A DNA stretch of 64,000 nucleotides from an uncultured Flavobacteriales bacterium (GCA_938009745.1 CALLII010000025.1:586-64585), one strand, 5' to 3'; counted from the stretch's first letter, positions 38,001 to 46,129 are shown. The notes: generated by a model not told the origin, from the letters alone. Program-made: numbers and translations.

Positions 38001-41000
38001 GGTACAGGCGGTACAGGTGGTGCAGGTGGTCTTGGTGGTAGTGGAAGCCCTTATACTGGTGGTGGAGAAGTTGGAGCAGGTGGAAATGGTGGACGAGGCG
38101 GAAATGGTGGATTAGGTCGAAGTGGTGGTGCTGGTCGTGCTGGTCAAACTATTGATGTTTACAGAGTAAGTGGTGCTTTTTTAACAACTCAGGTTACAAC
38201 ATTCAATCTTGCTGCCCAAACTACAATTACAGCTAGTAATGTAAATTGCACCAATACCAATGTAAATTATACAACAACATCTGCAAGTACGTGGGATTTT
38301 GACAGAGTCACCAATTATGCAACTCCTGCTACAGCAGGATCATCAAGTAACACTAATACTCAATATTCTCAAATAGCTCGTTATACTTTATCCAGAGGAG
38401 CTCATATTTATGAAGGATTTCATAATATTTCTTTTGATGGTTCATTAGCACCAGAAATAACAACTAATGCAGATTCAATTGGAGTCGATACTTTTCAGCT
38501 TTGCCAAGGAGATTTTGCAACTTTTAGCAGTGTGTATTCAGGATTAACTTATATATGGAATTTTAATGGAGCAATTACAAACCCAGGAACAACAGTTCAA
38601 AATACTCCTTCAATACAATTTAACACTCCTGGCTTTTATACTATTACACTTAGAACAACATCAGATTGTTGTGGACTATCTCCTACCAAAACAATTTATC
38701 TATATGTAGATGCATTACCAACAGTTACTGGGTCTGGTGCGGGTGCCATTTGTGAAGGTGAGAATAGAACTTTAACATTGACTGGTTTAGCAGTTAGTGA
38801 TAGTGTGATTTGGACACCCACTACTAATATTGTTTCTTCTACAACCAACACTATTACAGTTAGCCCATCAACAACTACAACTTATACTGCTTCTATTTAT
38901 ACTAAAACAATAGCGAGTGGTGTTACAAGATTAAGTTGTCCTATTTCTCGTCCACTTACAGTAACTGTGAGTCCAATCCCAACTATTGCTTTGACATTAA
39001 CGCAACCAAATTGCGGTAATAATGGACAAATTGTTGCCAATATTACTTCTGGGGGAGGGCTTTATAATTTTTCATGGTCTAATGGAGTATTTAGCTTTAA
39101 TTCCACCTCTTCTACAAATGGAAGTATTGGTGTAGGGTCATATTCTGTTACAGCAACTAACACTATTACAGGTTGTTCAGTTACGGACACTGTTTTCTTA
39201 TTCCCAGCTCCTGGATCACCTATCGTTTCAGTTCAAAATACTACCCCTGCAACTTGTGGCCTTAATAATGGTACTGCCAATGTTCTTGCATCAGGCGGAA
39301 CCGGACCTTATACTTATACTTGGAGTACTGGCGGTACAGGGACTAGTCGCACAAATTTAGCTGCTGCTACTTATTGTGTAACAGCTACTGATAATCTTGG
39401 ATGTCCTACTACAATATGTTTTGATATAACAACTCCAGATACTTTAAAAGTATCTCTATTATCTAGCAGTAACTTGATTTGTGCCAGTGATAGCAATGGT
39501 ACTGCTAAGGTAGAAGCAACAGGAGGTCAACCTATCTATACCTATCTTTGGTCTAATGGAGAAACAGGAGATTCTGCTTCTTCATTACCCGTAGGTACTT
39601 CTTATGTTATTGTTTCTGATTCCTCAGGATGTACTGATTCTCTTTCTTTTGTTTTGTTGGCTACCGGTCCTTCTACGAGTTCTACTCAAACTATAACAGT
39701 TTGTGATAGCTTGATTTCGCCAAGTGGAAAAATTTGGCGAACAGCAGGGACCTATTTTGATACAATCCCAAATTCAACTGGTTGTGATAGTTTATTAACT
39801 ATTACAGTTTCAATTTCTCCTGTAATCAACACGATTGATTCTATTACTGCTTGTGATTCGTTAACTTGGATAAATGGAATTACATATTACGCTAACAATA
39901 CAGCTGCAAAAGATACATTGTCTTCAATCCAAGGATGTGATTCTATTGTGAGTTTGAGTTTAATTATTAATAATACTTCAAGCTCAACTCAAACCGTTAC
40001 AGTTTGTGATAGCTTATTGTCTCCTAGCGGAAAAACTTGGAATACAACTGGCACTTATCTCGATACCATTATGAATGCTAGTGGTTGTGATAGCTTAATC
40101 ACTTTTAATCTTACAGTAAACTTTACATCAAGTTCTACTCAAACTTTAACTGTTTGTGATAGTTTAATATCTCCAAGTGGAAAAATTTGGTCAACATCCA
40201 ATACTTATTTAGATACAATTTTAAATGCAACTGGTTGTGACAGTCTAATGACATTTAATCTGACAGTAAACTACACGACTAGTTCAACTCAAACATTAAC
40301 AGTTTGTGATAGTTTAGTATCTCCAAGCGGAAAAATTTGGTCAACAACTGGCAATTATTTTGATACTATATTAAAAGCTAATGGGTGTGATAGTTTACTT
40401 ACATTTAACTTGACAATAAATACTACTTCAAGCTCAACTCAAACCCTTATAGTTTGTGATAGTTTAATATCTCCAAGTGGAAAAACTTGGAATACAACTG
40501 GCAATTATCTCGATACCATTATGAATGCTGGTGGTTGCGATAGTTTAATGACTTTTAATCTTACAGTAAACTTTACATCAAGTTCTACTCAAACAATAAC
40601 AGTTTGTGATAGTTTAATTTCTCCAAGCGGAAAAATTTGGTCAACAACAGGAACCTATCTTGATACAATTTCTAATTCATCAGGATGTGATTCATTACTT
40701 ACAATAAACCTTACAGTTTCCTCTACAATAAATAGTATAGATTCAGTTTTAGTATGTGATTCTCTTATTTGGATAGATGGAGTTACTTATTACACAAATA
40801 ATAATACAGCAAAAGACACATTGCCATCTTATCAAGGGTGTGACTCAATTATTACCTTGAATCTGACAGTAAACTATACTACAAGTTCTACTCAAGCAAC
40901 AACAATATGCGATAGCATGATCTCTCCAAGTGGTAAAATTTGGTCAACATCTGGAATATATCTAGACACGATAACAAATTCAAGTGGGTGTGATAGTTTA

Positions 41001-44000
41001 ATGACATTTAATTTGATAGTAAATAATACTTCAAGCTCAACTCAAACTTTAACAGTTTGTGATAGTTTGTTATCTCCAAGTGGAAAAACTTGGAATTCGA
41101 CAGGAACCTATTTGGATACTATTTTAAATGCAGCTGGCTGCGACAGTCTAATGACTTTTAATCTAACAGTAAACTTTAATTCCAGTTCCACTCAAACTAT
41201 TACTGTTTGTGACAGCTTTGTTTCGCCATCAGGAAAAACTTGGAATAATTCTGGAATGTACTTAGATACAATATTAAATACTTCGGGTTGTGACAGTTTA
41301 ATGACTTTTAATCTAACAGTAAATTATACCATTAGCATTACACTGACAGACACCTCATGTGACCAGTTTTTATGGCGTTCAAATAATCTAACTTCTTCAG
41401 GCACTTATTATGATACTGCAACTACAGGTTTTTGTGACAGTATTTTTACTTTAAACCTTACACTATTTAATTCAGTAGATAATTGGCAAAGTTTTATTGG
41501 GTGTGACAGTCTGCTTTTACCAAACGGAAATACAGTATTTTTCAGTGGTACATACAGAGATACTTTTTCAACAGTTAATGGATGTGATAGTATTCACAGG
41601 TATCAAGTAACCATGAGATCTACAATAATTACTAATGTTATCAATAGTTCTTGTGATAGTTTTACCAGTCCAAACGGACAAGTTTGGACTACTTCAGGAA
41701 TCTATGCAGATACTTTTAATACTGCGGGTGTTTGTGATAGCTTAGTCATTTATAATTTAACCATTAATTATACTACTTCCTCAATCCAAAACCTTACAGT
41801 TTGTGATAGTTTAATTTCTCCTTCTGGGAAATTTTGGAATAGCTCTGGAATATACTTGGACACAATAACAAGCAACTCAGGTTGTGATAGTTTAATGACT
41901 TTTAATCTTACTGTAAATTACACTTCAACTTCTTCAATATCCTTGACAGTTTGCGATAGTTTATTCTCTCCATCAGGGAAAATATGGAGATCAAATGGAG
42001 TCTATCTAGATACAATTTCTAATGTTTCTGGATGTGATAGTTTAATGACTTTTAATTTAACATTGAGTAATTACGCTCAAATTCCTTCAACCTTAAATGC
42101 TTGTGATAGTATTTCTTGGAGAGGAAGTTGGTATTCTAGTACTGGAATTTATAATGATTCTGTAATAGTTCCGGGTTGTGATACCGTTTTTATCTTAAAT
42201 CTTACTATTAATAACTCTAGTTCATCTGCTCAAACGATAACAGTTTGCGATAGTTTAGTGTCTCCAACTGGAAAAACTTGGAATACAACAGGAACTTATA
42301 GCGACACAATAGCCAATGCAATTGGTTGCGATAGTTTAATGACATTTAATTTGACGGTAAATTATACAACTAGTTCGTCTCAAACAATTACCGTTTGTGA
42401 TAGTATAGTCTCACCAAGTGGTAAAACTTGGAATACCACTGGAATTTACCTGGATACACTAGTAAAACCAAATGGATGCGATAGTCTTATGACGTTTAAT
42501 CTTACAGTTAACTATACTTCAAGCTCTTCTCAAATGATATCAGTTTGCGATAGTTTTGTTTCTCCAAGTGGAAAAATTTGGACTGCTACTGGTAATTATT
42601 TGGATACAATTCTAAATGCTTCAGGTTGCGATAGCTTATTAAGTATTAACCTTACAATAGCTCCAATTGCAAGAATTCCTCTAACAATAACAATTTGCGA
42701 TAGTGTTGTGTGGAGAGGTGTTACTTATACCACTACTGGAAATTATTCTGATACGCTATTAGTTGCAGGATGCGACACAATTTTTGACTTAAGCTTAACA
42801 GTAAATTACACTACAACTTCAAGTCAAACACTTACGGTTTGCGATAGTCTATTGTCTCCAAGCGGAAAAACTTGGAATACAACTGGTACTTATTTTGATA
42901 CAATTTTAAACTCAACTGGATGTGATAGTTTGATGACATTCAATCTTACAATAAACTACACAACAAGTTCTACTCAATTCTTAACAGTATGTGATAGTCT
43001 ATTATCGCCAAGTGGAAAAACATGGAATACTACAGGAACTTATTTAGATACAATAACTAAAACTGACGGATGTGATAGCTTAATAACATTTAATCTTACT
43101 GTGAATTCCACAACAAATTCATCCCAATCTATTACAACCTGCGATAGTTTATTATCACCAAGTGGAAAAATTTGGAGAACATCAGGAATCTATTTAGATA
43201 CTATATTAAACTCAAATGGTTGTGATAGTTTAATGACATTTAATTTAATTATAAACTTTACAACAAGTTCTACTCAAACTTTATCAGTTTGTGATAGCCT
43301 ATTGTCTCCAAGCGGAAAAACTTGGAATACAACAGGAATTTATTTGGATACAATTTTAAACTCATCTGGATGTGACAGTTTAATGACATTCAATCTTACA
43401 ATAAACTACACAACAAGTTCTACTCAAACCTTAACAGTATGCGATAGTCTATTGTCGCCAAGTGGAAAAATATGGAGTACCACAGGAACTTATTTAGATA
43501 CAATAACTAAAACTGATGGATGTGATAGTCTGATGACATTTAATCTTACTGTCAATTCTACAACAAATTCATCCCAATCTATTACAACCTGCGATAGTTT
43601 ATTATCACCAAGTGGAAAAATTTGGAGAACATCAGGAATCTATTTAGATACTATATTAAACTCAATTGGTTGTGATAGTTTAATGACATTTAATTTAACC
43701 ATTAGTGGGTTTATTCCTATTACAACTTCTGTTACAGCTTGTGATAGCTTAACTTGGAGAGGAGTAACTTATACTTCTTCTGGTACATATAATGATACTG
43801 TTTTAATACCTGGGTGTGATACCATTTATACATTGTCATTAGTAATAAATAATAGTTCAACCTCTATAATTAATCCAATATCATGTGGTCCGTACTCATC
43901 ACCAAGTGGAAAATCATATTCTACCTCAGGGAACTATTTAGATACTATTTCTAACACAATAGGTTGTGACAGTATAATTACCATTAACCTTATTGTAGAT

Positions 44001-45041
44001 ACAGTTTCTTATATTTCTGTTCTTGCATCTGGTTGCGACAGCTTTCAATTACCAGGAGGAACAATAGTATATACTTCAGGAGCATACAATGACACACTAA
44101 CCAATATAAGTGGTTGTGATAGTATAATTACAACCAATCTGTTTTTATCTCCTTCGTATAATCAATCCAACACCTTTAATTTATGTGCAGGGCAAACAGT
44201 TACAGTTGGAGCAAATATTTATGGAAGCACTGGAATTTACAGAGATACACTAGCTACTGCTTTTGGTTGTGATTCAATAATAGAAACTAACTTAACAATT
44301 AACCCACTTGTTTTAGGAACAATAACTTTTAGTAGTAATTTATGTCAAAATGATTTGCCAGCTACTTTCACTGCAACACCAATTGGTGGAAGATGGATTG
44401 GGACAGGTATAGATACAATTACTGGGGTTTTCTCACCTGCAATAGCGGGAGTAGGTATACACACAATTGTTTATATTCCAAATGGACCATGCCCATTGCC
44501 AGATACAGTTCAAGTTAATGTATTCTCAGTCCCAGTAATCAATTTTGATGAAACAGATGAGCTGTGTGATCAAGCTAATGGAGAAATTGATGTTACCATA
44601 ACAGGAGGAACACCAGCCTATATTTATAATTGGAGTAATGGTGACAGTACTCTTAATATTTCAAATCTAAAAGAAGGCTCATATTCTTTAATAGTATCGG
44701 ATGCTAATAACTGTTCAAATTCAGACAATACATCTCTAATAAATATTATAGATCCAGATTGTGAATTTGGTATTTATGTTCCAAACGTTTTCTCTCCTGA
44801 TGGCAATCAAGAAAACGACTTATTTTATGTGCAAGGATCAGGCATTGAAACTGTTAAGCTTGTCATATTTAATAGATATGGGAATAAAGTTTTTGAATCA
44901 AATGCAATTGGAGGAGGATGGGACGGAACCTATAAAGGGTCTCCAGTAAATCCAGATGTATTTGTTTACTATGTAGAAGGAACCTTTGTTAATGGAGAAG
45001 AATTTGAGAAAAAAGGAACAATAACTTTAATCAGGAGGTAG
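35046..45041 (+). CDS. Giant (3331 aa) T9SS type-B cargo/adhesin-like protein, GTG start
   Basis: One uninterrupted 9996-nt ORF. In order: signal peptide; Cys-rich N-domain (GSHFMGSTLSYTC...YRDCGG); cadherin-like TDSDGDSLVYSL; Ig-like modules; beta-helix-like YVTPTGS...NPTNL segment; Gly-rich region; PKD-like module; SprB-type repeats (CGNNGQIVANITSGGG.YNFSWSNG, CGLNNGTANVLASGGTGPYTYTWS, and others); 31 'CDS' repeats; type-B sorting domain. Confidence 0.85.
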   Translation: MKKTILNISFLLFVFLFGIQLNSFGSHFMGSTLSYTCTGPNQYLVTLKAYRDCGGITMPPSFSVAYNGCGSSGSVTVALQSSSDISPLCPTLTSICSGGSYPFGLEEHIYTGTVTVPANCASVIFSTSSCCRNGSITNISIPGSIGFYTSSFLNNNLTTCNSSPTFASEPALYTCLNQSVVFQQLATDSDGDSLVYSLVNCLQSPATSVPYAPGFSGVNPLTTPVTIDPNTGDLSFTATAIQVASVSVLVEEYRAGIKVGEIVRDMQFTILNCSNTLPQLSGINGASGIYSVNTCEGAPICFNINATDINAVDNLSMFYSGNIPGATFTQTGTGNNRVGTFCWTPPIGSAGTYVFSLGVFDDACPIIGQNSRSYIVNVNSNPNTPISVSADVGICSGSTTTLLATNVTPNISWSPSLALSTTSGTSTNASPTSTTTYTATAIYPDGCSSSDDVTVTVNPDPVANISPSSASVCPGGNITLTGTTNSTGMTFQWFNPSMGGLGSGTVSGTSSSIVVSVPAASGTYNYTLRITNPSTGCSSDAIVPLSVGAPPTLASCINIYVTPTGSSAAAGTQANPTNLVEALSRSACQGAVIKMAIGTYNFNNAINLQSFVTIEGGFDQFFGWRKTSQPGATTINRTTASPEGSTNAQRLVAFYGNSATGFRLQDITVRTSAANQPGMSTYGLHLTSCSDYDIVRCQIQPGNAAAGRNGTNGTNGNIGRNGGRGSAGDGNDYDDSGGGGGGGGGGGTTVGNAGTNASGNYNSANNCTIAGGNGGGGGATAGNGGNGRGDSNGCGCCNAGSQGYTGGSSSNSRSGGGGGGGANGGCEDENGGRGGNGGGVLSVYGSNLGGGNGGNDGGNGGGYPGSNGTAGSNGTLGSNGGLGSNGSHVGGFWSPGSQGGSGSDGSGGSGGAGGGGGGGQDCFFCSDGCGSGGGGGGGGGQGGQGGTGGRGGGSSYGVYLFSNGANGIINQSFVDAGNAGGGGTPGTGGTGGAGGLGGSGSPYTGGGEVGAGGNGGRGGNGGLGRSGGAGRAGQTIDVYRVSGAFLTTQVTTFNLAAQTTITASNVNCTNTNVNYTTTSASTWDFDRVTNYATPATAGSSSNTNTQYSQIARYTLSRGAHIYEGFHNISFDGSLAPEITTNADSIGVDTFQLCQGDFATFSSVYSGLTYIWNFNGAITNPGTTVQNTPSIQFNTPGFYTITLRTTSDCCGLSPTKTIYLYVDALPTVTGSGAGAICEGENRTLTLTGLAVSDSVIWTPTTNIVSSTTNTITVSPSTTTTYTASIYTKTIASGVTRLSCPISRPLTVTVSPIPTIALTLTQPNCGNNGQIVANITSGGGLYNFSWSNGVFSFNSTSSTNGSIGVGSYSVTATNTITGCSVTDTVFLFPAPGSPIVSVQNTTPATCGLNNGTANVLASGGTGPYTYTWSTGGTGTSRTNLAAATYCVTATDNLGCPTTICFDITTPDTLKVSLLSSSNLICASDSNGTAKVEATGGQPIYTYLWSNGETGDSASSLPVGTSYVIVSDSSGCTDSLSFVLLATGPSTSSTQTITVCDSLISPSGKIWRTAGTYFDTIPNSTGCDSLLTITVSISPVINTIDSITACDSLTWINGITYYANNTAAKDTLSSIQGCDSIVSLSLIINNTSSSTQTVTVCDSLLSPSGKTWNTTGTYLDTIMNASGCDSLITFNLTVNFTSSSTQTLTVCDSLISPSGKIWSTSNTYLDTILNATGCDSLMTFNLTVNYTTSSTQTLTVCDSLVSPSGKIWSTTGNYFDTILKANGCDSLLTFNLTINTTSSSTQTLIVCDSLISPSGKTWNTTGNYLDTIMNAGGCDSLMTFNLTVNFTSSSTQTITVCDSLISPSGKIWSTTGTYLDTISNSSGCDSLLTINLTVSSTINSIDSVLVCDSLIWIDGVTYYTNNNTAKDTLPSYQGCDSIITLNLTVNYTTSSTQATTICDSMISPSGKIWSTSGIYLDTITNSSGCDSLMTFNLIVNNTSSSTQTLTVCDSLLSPSGKTWNSTGTYLDTILNAAGCDSLMTFNLTVNFNSSSTQTITVCDSFVSPSGKTWNNSGMYLDTILNTSGCDSLMTFNLTVNYTISITLTDTSCDQFLWRSNNLTSSGTYYDTATTGFCDSIFTLNLTLFNSVDNWQSFIGCDSLLLPNGNTVFFSGTYRDTFSTVNGCDSIHRYQVTMRSTIITNVINSSCDSFTSPNGQVWTTSGIYADTFNTAGVCDSLVIYNLTINYTTSSIQNLTVCDSLISPSGKFWNSSGIYLDTITSNSGCDSLMTFNLTVNYTSTSSISLTVCDSLFSPSGKIWRSNGVYLDTISNVSGCDSLMTFNLTLSNYAQIPSTLNACDSISWRGSWYSSTGIYNDSVIVPGCDTVFILNLTINNSSSSAQTITVCDSLVSPTGKTWNTTGTYSDTIANAIGCDSLMTFNLTVNYTTSSSQTITVCDSIVSPSGKTWNTTGIYLDTLVKPNGCDSLMTFNLTVNYTSSSSQMISVCDSFVSPSGKIWTATGNYLDTILNASGCDSLLSINLTIAPIARIPLTITICDSVVWRGVTYTTTGNYSDTLLVAGCDTIFDLSLTVNYTTTSSQTLTVCDSLLSPSGKTWNTTGTYFDTILNSTGCDSLMTFNLTINYTTSSTQFLTVCDSLLSPSGKTWNTTGTYLDTITKTDGCDSLITFNLTVNSTTNSSQSITTCDSLLSPSGKIWRTSGIYLDTILNSNGCDSLMTFNLIINFTTSSTQTLSVCDSLLSPSGKTWNTTGIYLDTILNSSGCDSLMTFNLTINYTTSSTQTLTVCDSLLSPSGKIWSTTGTYLDTITKTDGCDSLMTFNLTVNSTTNSSQSITTCDSLLSPSGKIWRTSGIYLDTILNSIGCDSLMTFNLTISGFIPITTSVTACDSLTWRGVTYTSSGTYNDTVLIPGCDTIYTLSLVINNSSTSIINPISCGPYSSPSGKSYSTSGNYLDTISNTIGCDSIITINLIVDTVSYISVLASGCDSFQLPGGTIVYTSGAYNDTLTNISGCDSIITTNLFLSPSYNQSNTFNLCAGQTVTVGANIYGSTGIYRDTLATAFGCDSIIETNLTINPLVLGTITFSSNLCQNDLPATFTATPIGGRWIGTGIDTITGVFSPAIAGVGIHTIVYIPNGPCPLPDTVQVNVFSVPVINFDETDELCDQANGEIDVTITGGTPAYIYNWSNGDSTLNISNLKEGSYSLIVSDANNCSNSDNTSLINIIDPDCEFGIYVPNVFSPDGNQENDLFYVQGSGIETVKLVIFNRYGNKVFESNAIGGGWDGTYKGSPVNPDVFVYYVEGTFVNGEEFEKKGTITLIRR
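37149..38145 (+). repeat. Glycine-rich low-complexity coding region with in-frame GGN triplet tracts
   Basis: About 335 aa, about half Gly by eye. Tracts are (GGA)8+GGG+(GGA)2 at 37254-37286, (GGT)7 at 37488-37508, and (GGA)3(GGT)5GGC at 37839-37865, all in the gene's frame. GC content is locally elevated. Confidence 0.85.
39661..44300 (+). repeat. Tandem array of 31 coding repeats of ~150 nt (~50 aa), each with two Cys-Asp-Ser motifs
   Basis: Consensus is TVCDSL[IL]SPSGK[IT]WxT[TS]GxYLDTIxNxxGCDSLMTFNLTVN[YF]T[TS]SSTQT[LI]. Units were counted by hand from the translation. gtttgtgatagt recurs about every 150 nt. Confidence 0.9.
42941..43698 (+). repeat. Higher-order (3-unit, 450-bp offset) near-identical duplication inside the repeat array
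   Basis: 42941-43248 versus 43391-43698 differ at ~15 of 308 positions by hand count. 43111-43248 versus 43561-43698 differ at 1 of 138 positions. Confidence 0.8.
44775..45038 (+). other. Region encoding the T9SS type-B C-terminal sorting domain of the giant protein
   Basis: YVPNVFSPDGNQENDLFYVQG...RYGNKVFE...GWDGTYKGSPVNPDVFVYYVE...GTITLIRR. Confidence 0.8.
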
Positions 45042-45070
45042 TTTTTAATTAAGAAAAAACTTACATTCTT

Positions 45071-45094
45071 ATAATCTAATTTTAATTAGATTAT
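45071..45094 (+). terminator. Perfect AT-rich palindrome downstream of the giant gene (weak terminator candidate)
   Basis: ATAATCTAATT-TT-AATTAGATTAT. No clear T run follows, so function is uncertain. Confidence 0.3.
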
Positions 45095-45144
45095 AGTTGT
45101 TGAAAAATCTAAGATTTAGCATTATTAAACCATACATATAGTTG

Positions 45145-45152
45145 TATATTTG
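45145..45152 (+). promoter_or_regulatory. TAnnTTTG -7 promoter motif (TATATTTG) for purE
   Basis: Perfect consensus, 18 nt upstream of the ATG at 45171. Confidence 0.45.
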
Positions 45153-45170
45153 TAATATCAAAACAAACCA

Positions 45171-45653
45171 ATGACAGCACAAGTAGGTATAATAATGGGA
45201 AGTAAATCTGATATGCCTGTTATGAAAGCAGCAGCAACAGTATTAGATGAATTAGGATTAAACTATGAGTTAACAATAGTTTCTGCGCACAGAACTCCCG
45301 AGAGAATGATGGATTATGCTCGTAATGCAAAATCTAAAGGACTTAAAGTTATTATTGCAGGAGCAGGAGGAGCAGCTCATTTACCAGGAATGGTAGCAAG
45401 TATTACTACTTTGCCAGTAATTGGAGTACCAGTTAAATCAAGTAACTCAATTGATGGGTGGGATTCAATACTTTCAATACTTCAAATGCCAGGTGGAGTG
45501 CCGGTAGCAACTGTAGCTCTTGACGGAGCAAAAAATGCAGGAATATTAGCTGCACAAATTATAGGGACAGCTAACGAACAAGTAAGTAACAAGCTCCAAG
45601 AATACAAAGAGCTTATGAAGGCTAAAGTAATGGACTCAATTAACGAATTATAA
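45171..45653 (+). CDS. purE: 5-(carboxyamino)imidazole ribonucleotide mutase (class I PurE)
   Basis: VGIIMGSKSD, SAHRTPERM and AGGAAHLPGMVAS motifs. Confidence 0.9.
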   Translation: MTAQVGIIMGSKSDMPVMKAAATVLDELGLNYELTIVSAHRTPERMMDYARNAKSKGLKVIIAGAGGAAHLPGMVASITTLPVIGVPVKSSNSIDGWDSILSILQMPGGVPVATVALDGAKNAGILAAQIIGTANEQVSNKLQEYKELMKAKVMDSINEL

Positions 45654-45955
45654 TGAGTTTCATTTCTAACTTAAAAGATAAGTTTCCTAATTTTTTAAAA
45701 AATAAATGGGCAATTTCCTTTTTAATCCTTTTTGTGTGGGTTTTATTTTTTGAAGACATAAATCTTATATCTCTTATCAAAACTAAAACTAAAATATCTC
45801 GATTAGAACAAGAGTGGGTATTTAAAGAAAATAGAATCAAAGAAGCAGAAGAAAAAAAACTACTTATATTAGGTAATCCTGAAAAGTATGCAAGGGAAAC
45901 TTTTTGGATGAAGATGGCTGATGAGGAATTATTCATAATTCCAGAAAATAAATAA
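45653..45955 (+). CDS. FtsB/DivIC-like septum formation initiator family protein
   Basis: 100 aa. TM helix, a coiled segment (ISRLEQEWVFKENRIKEAEEK), then PEKYARETFWMKMADEELFII, the typical family C-terminus. The start overlaps the purE stop (TAATG). Confidence 0.55.
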   Translation: MSFISNLKDKFPNFLKNKWAISFLILFVWVLFFEDINLISLIKTKTKISRLEQEWVFKENRIKEAEEKKLLILGNPEKYARETFWMKMADEELFIIPENK

Positions 45956-46080
45956 TCAATTAAATATTTATTTCTTGTCTACAACTACTATTCCTTCTAT
46001 CAATATGACTTGCAGTTTGATTTTTCTTTACTTTTTTTTAAAACATTCTTCAAAACAGTTGGTATAATAAAAAAAAACTG

Positions 46081-46088
46081 TAAATTTG
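46081..46088 (+). promoter_or_regulatory. TAnnTTTG -7 promoter motif (TAAATTTG) for the ribosomal str/S10/spc/alpha cluster
   Basis: Perfect consensus, 41 nt upstream of the rpsL ATG. A partial -33-like TTG (46059-46061) lies 19 nt upstream. Confidence 0.5.
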
Positions 46089-46129
46089 CACCCCGATAAA
46101 TAGTAAAATAGTACTTAATAAACAGTCAG

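Noticed and set aside
37149-38145. The Gly-rich region as collagen-like or RTX calcium-binding repeats.
   Set aside because: There is no sustained G-X-Y triplet register and no GGxGxDxUx nonapeptide periodicity. Only scattered GxGxD-like fragments occur.
39661-44300. The regular ~150-nt periodicity could be mistaken for a CRISPR array or a non-coding satellite.
   Set aside because: The period is far longer than CRISPR repeat-plus-spacer units, and there is no alternation of conserved repeat and unique spacer. Everything is in frame inside one long ORF with protein-level conservation.
39661-44300. Position-specific variability within repeats (for example the residues after SPSGK and around NxxG) as a target of a diversity-generating retroelement.
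   Set aside because: There is no reverse transcriptase, template repeat or adenine-specific substitution pattern in the window. The variation looks like ordinary repeat divergence plus gene conversion.
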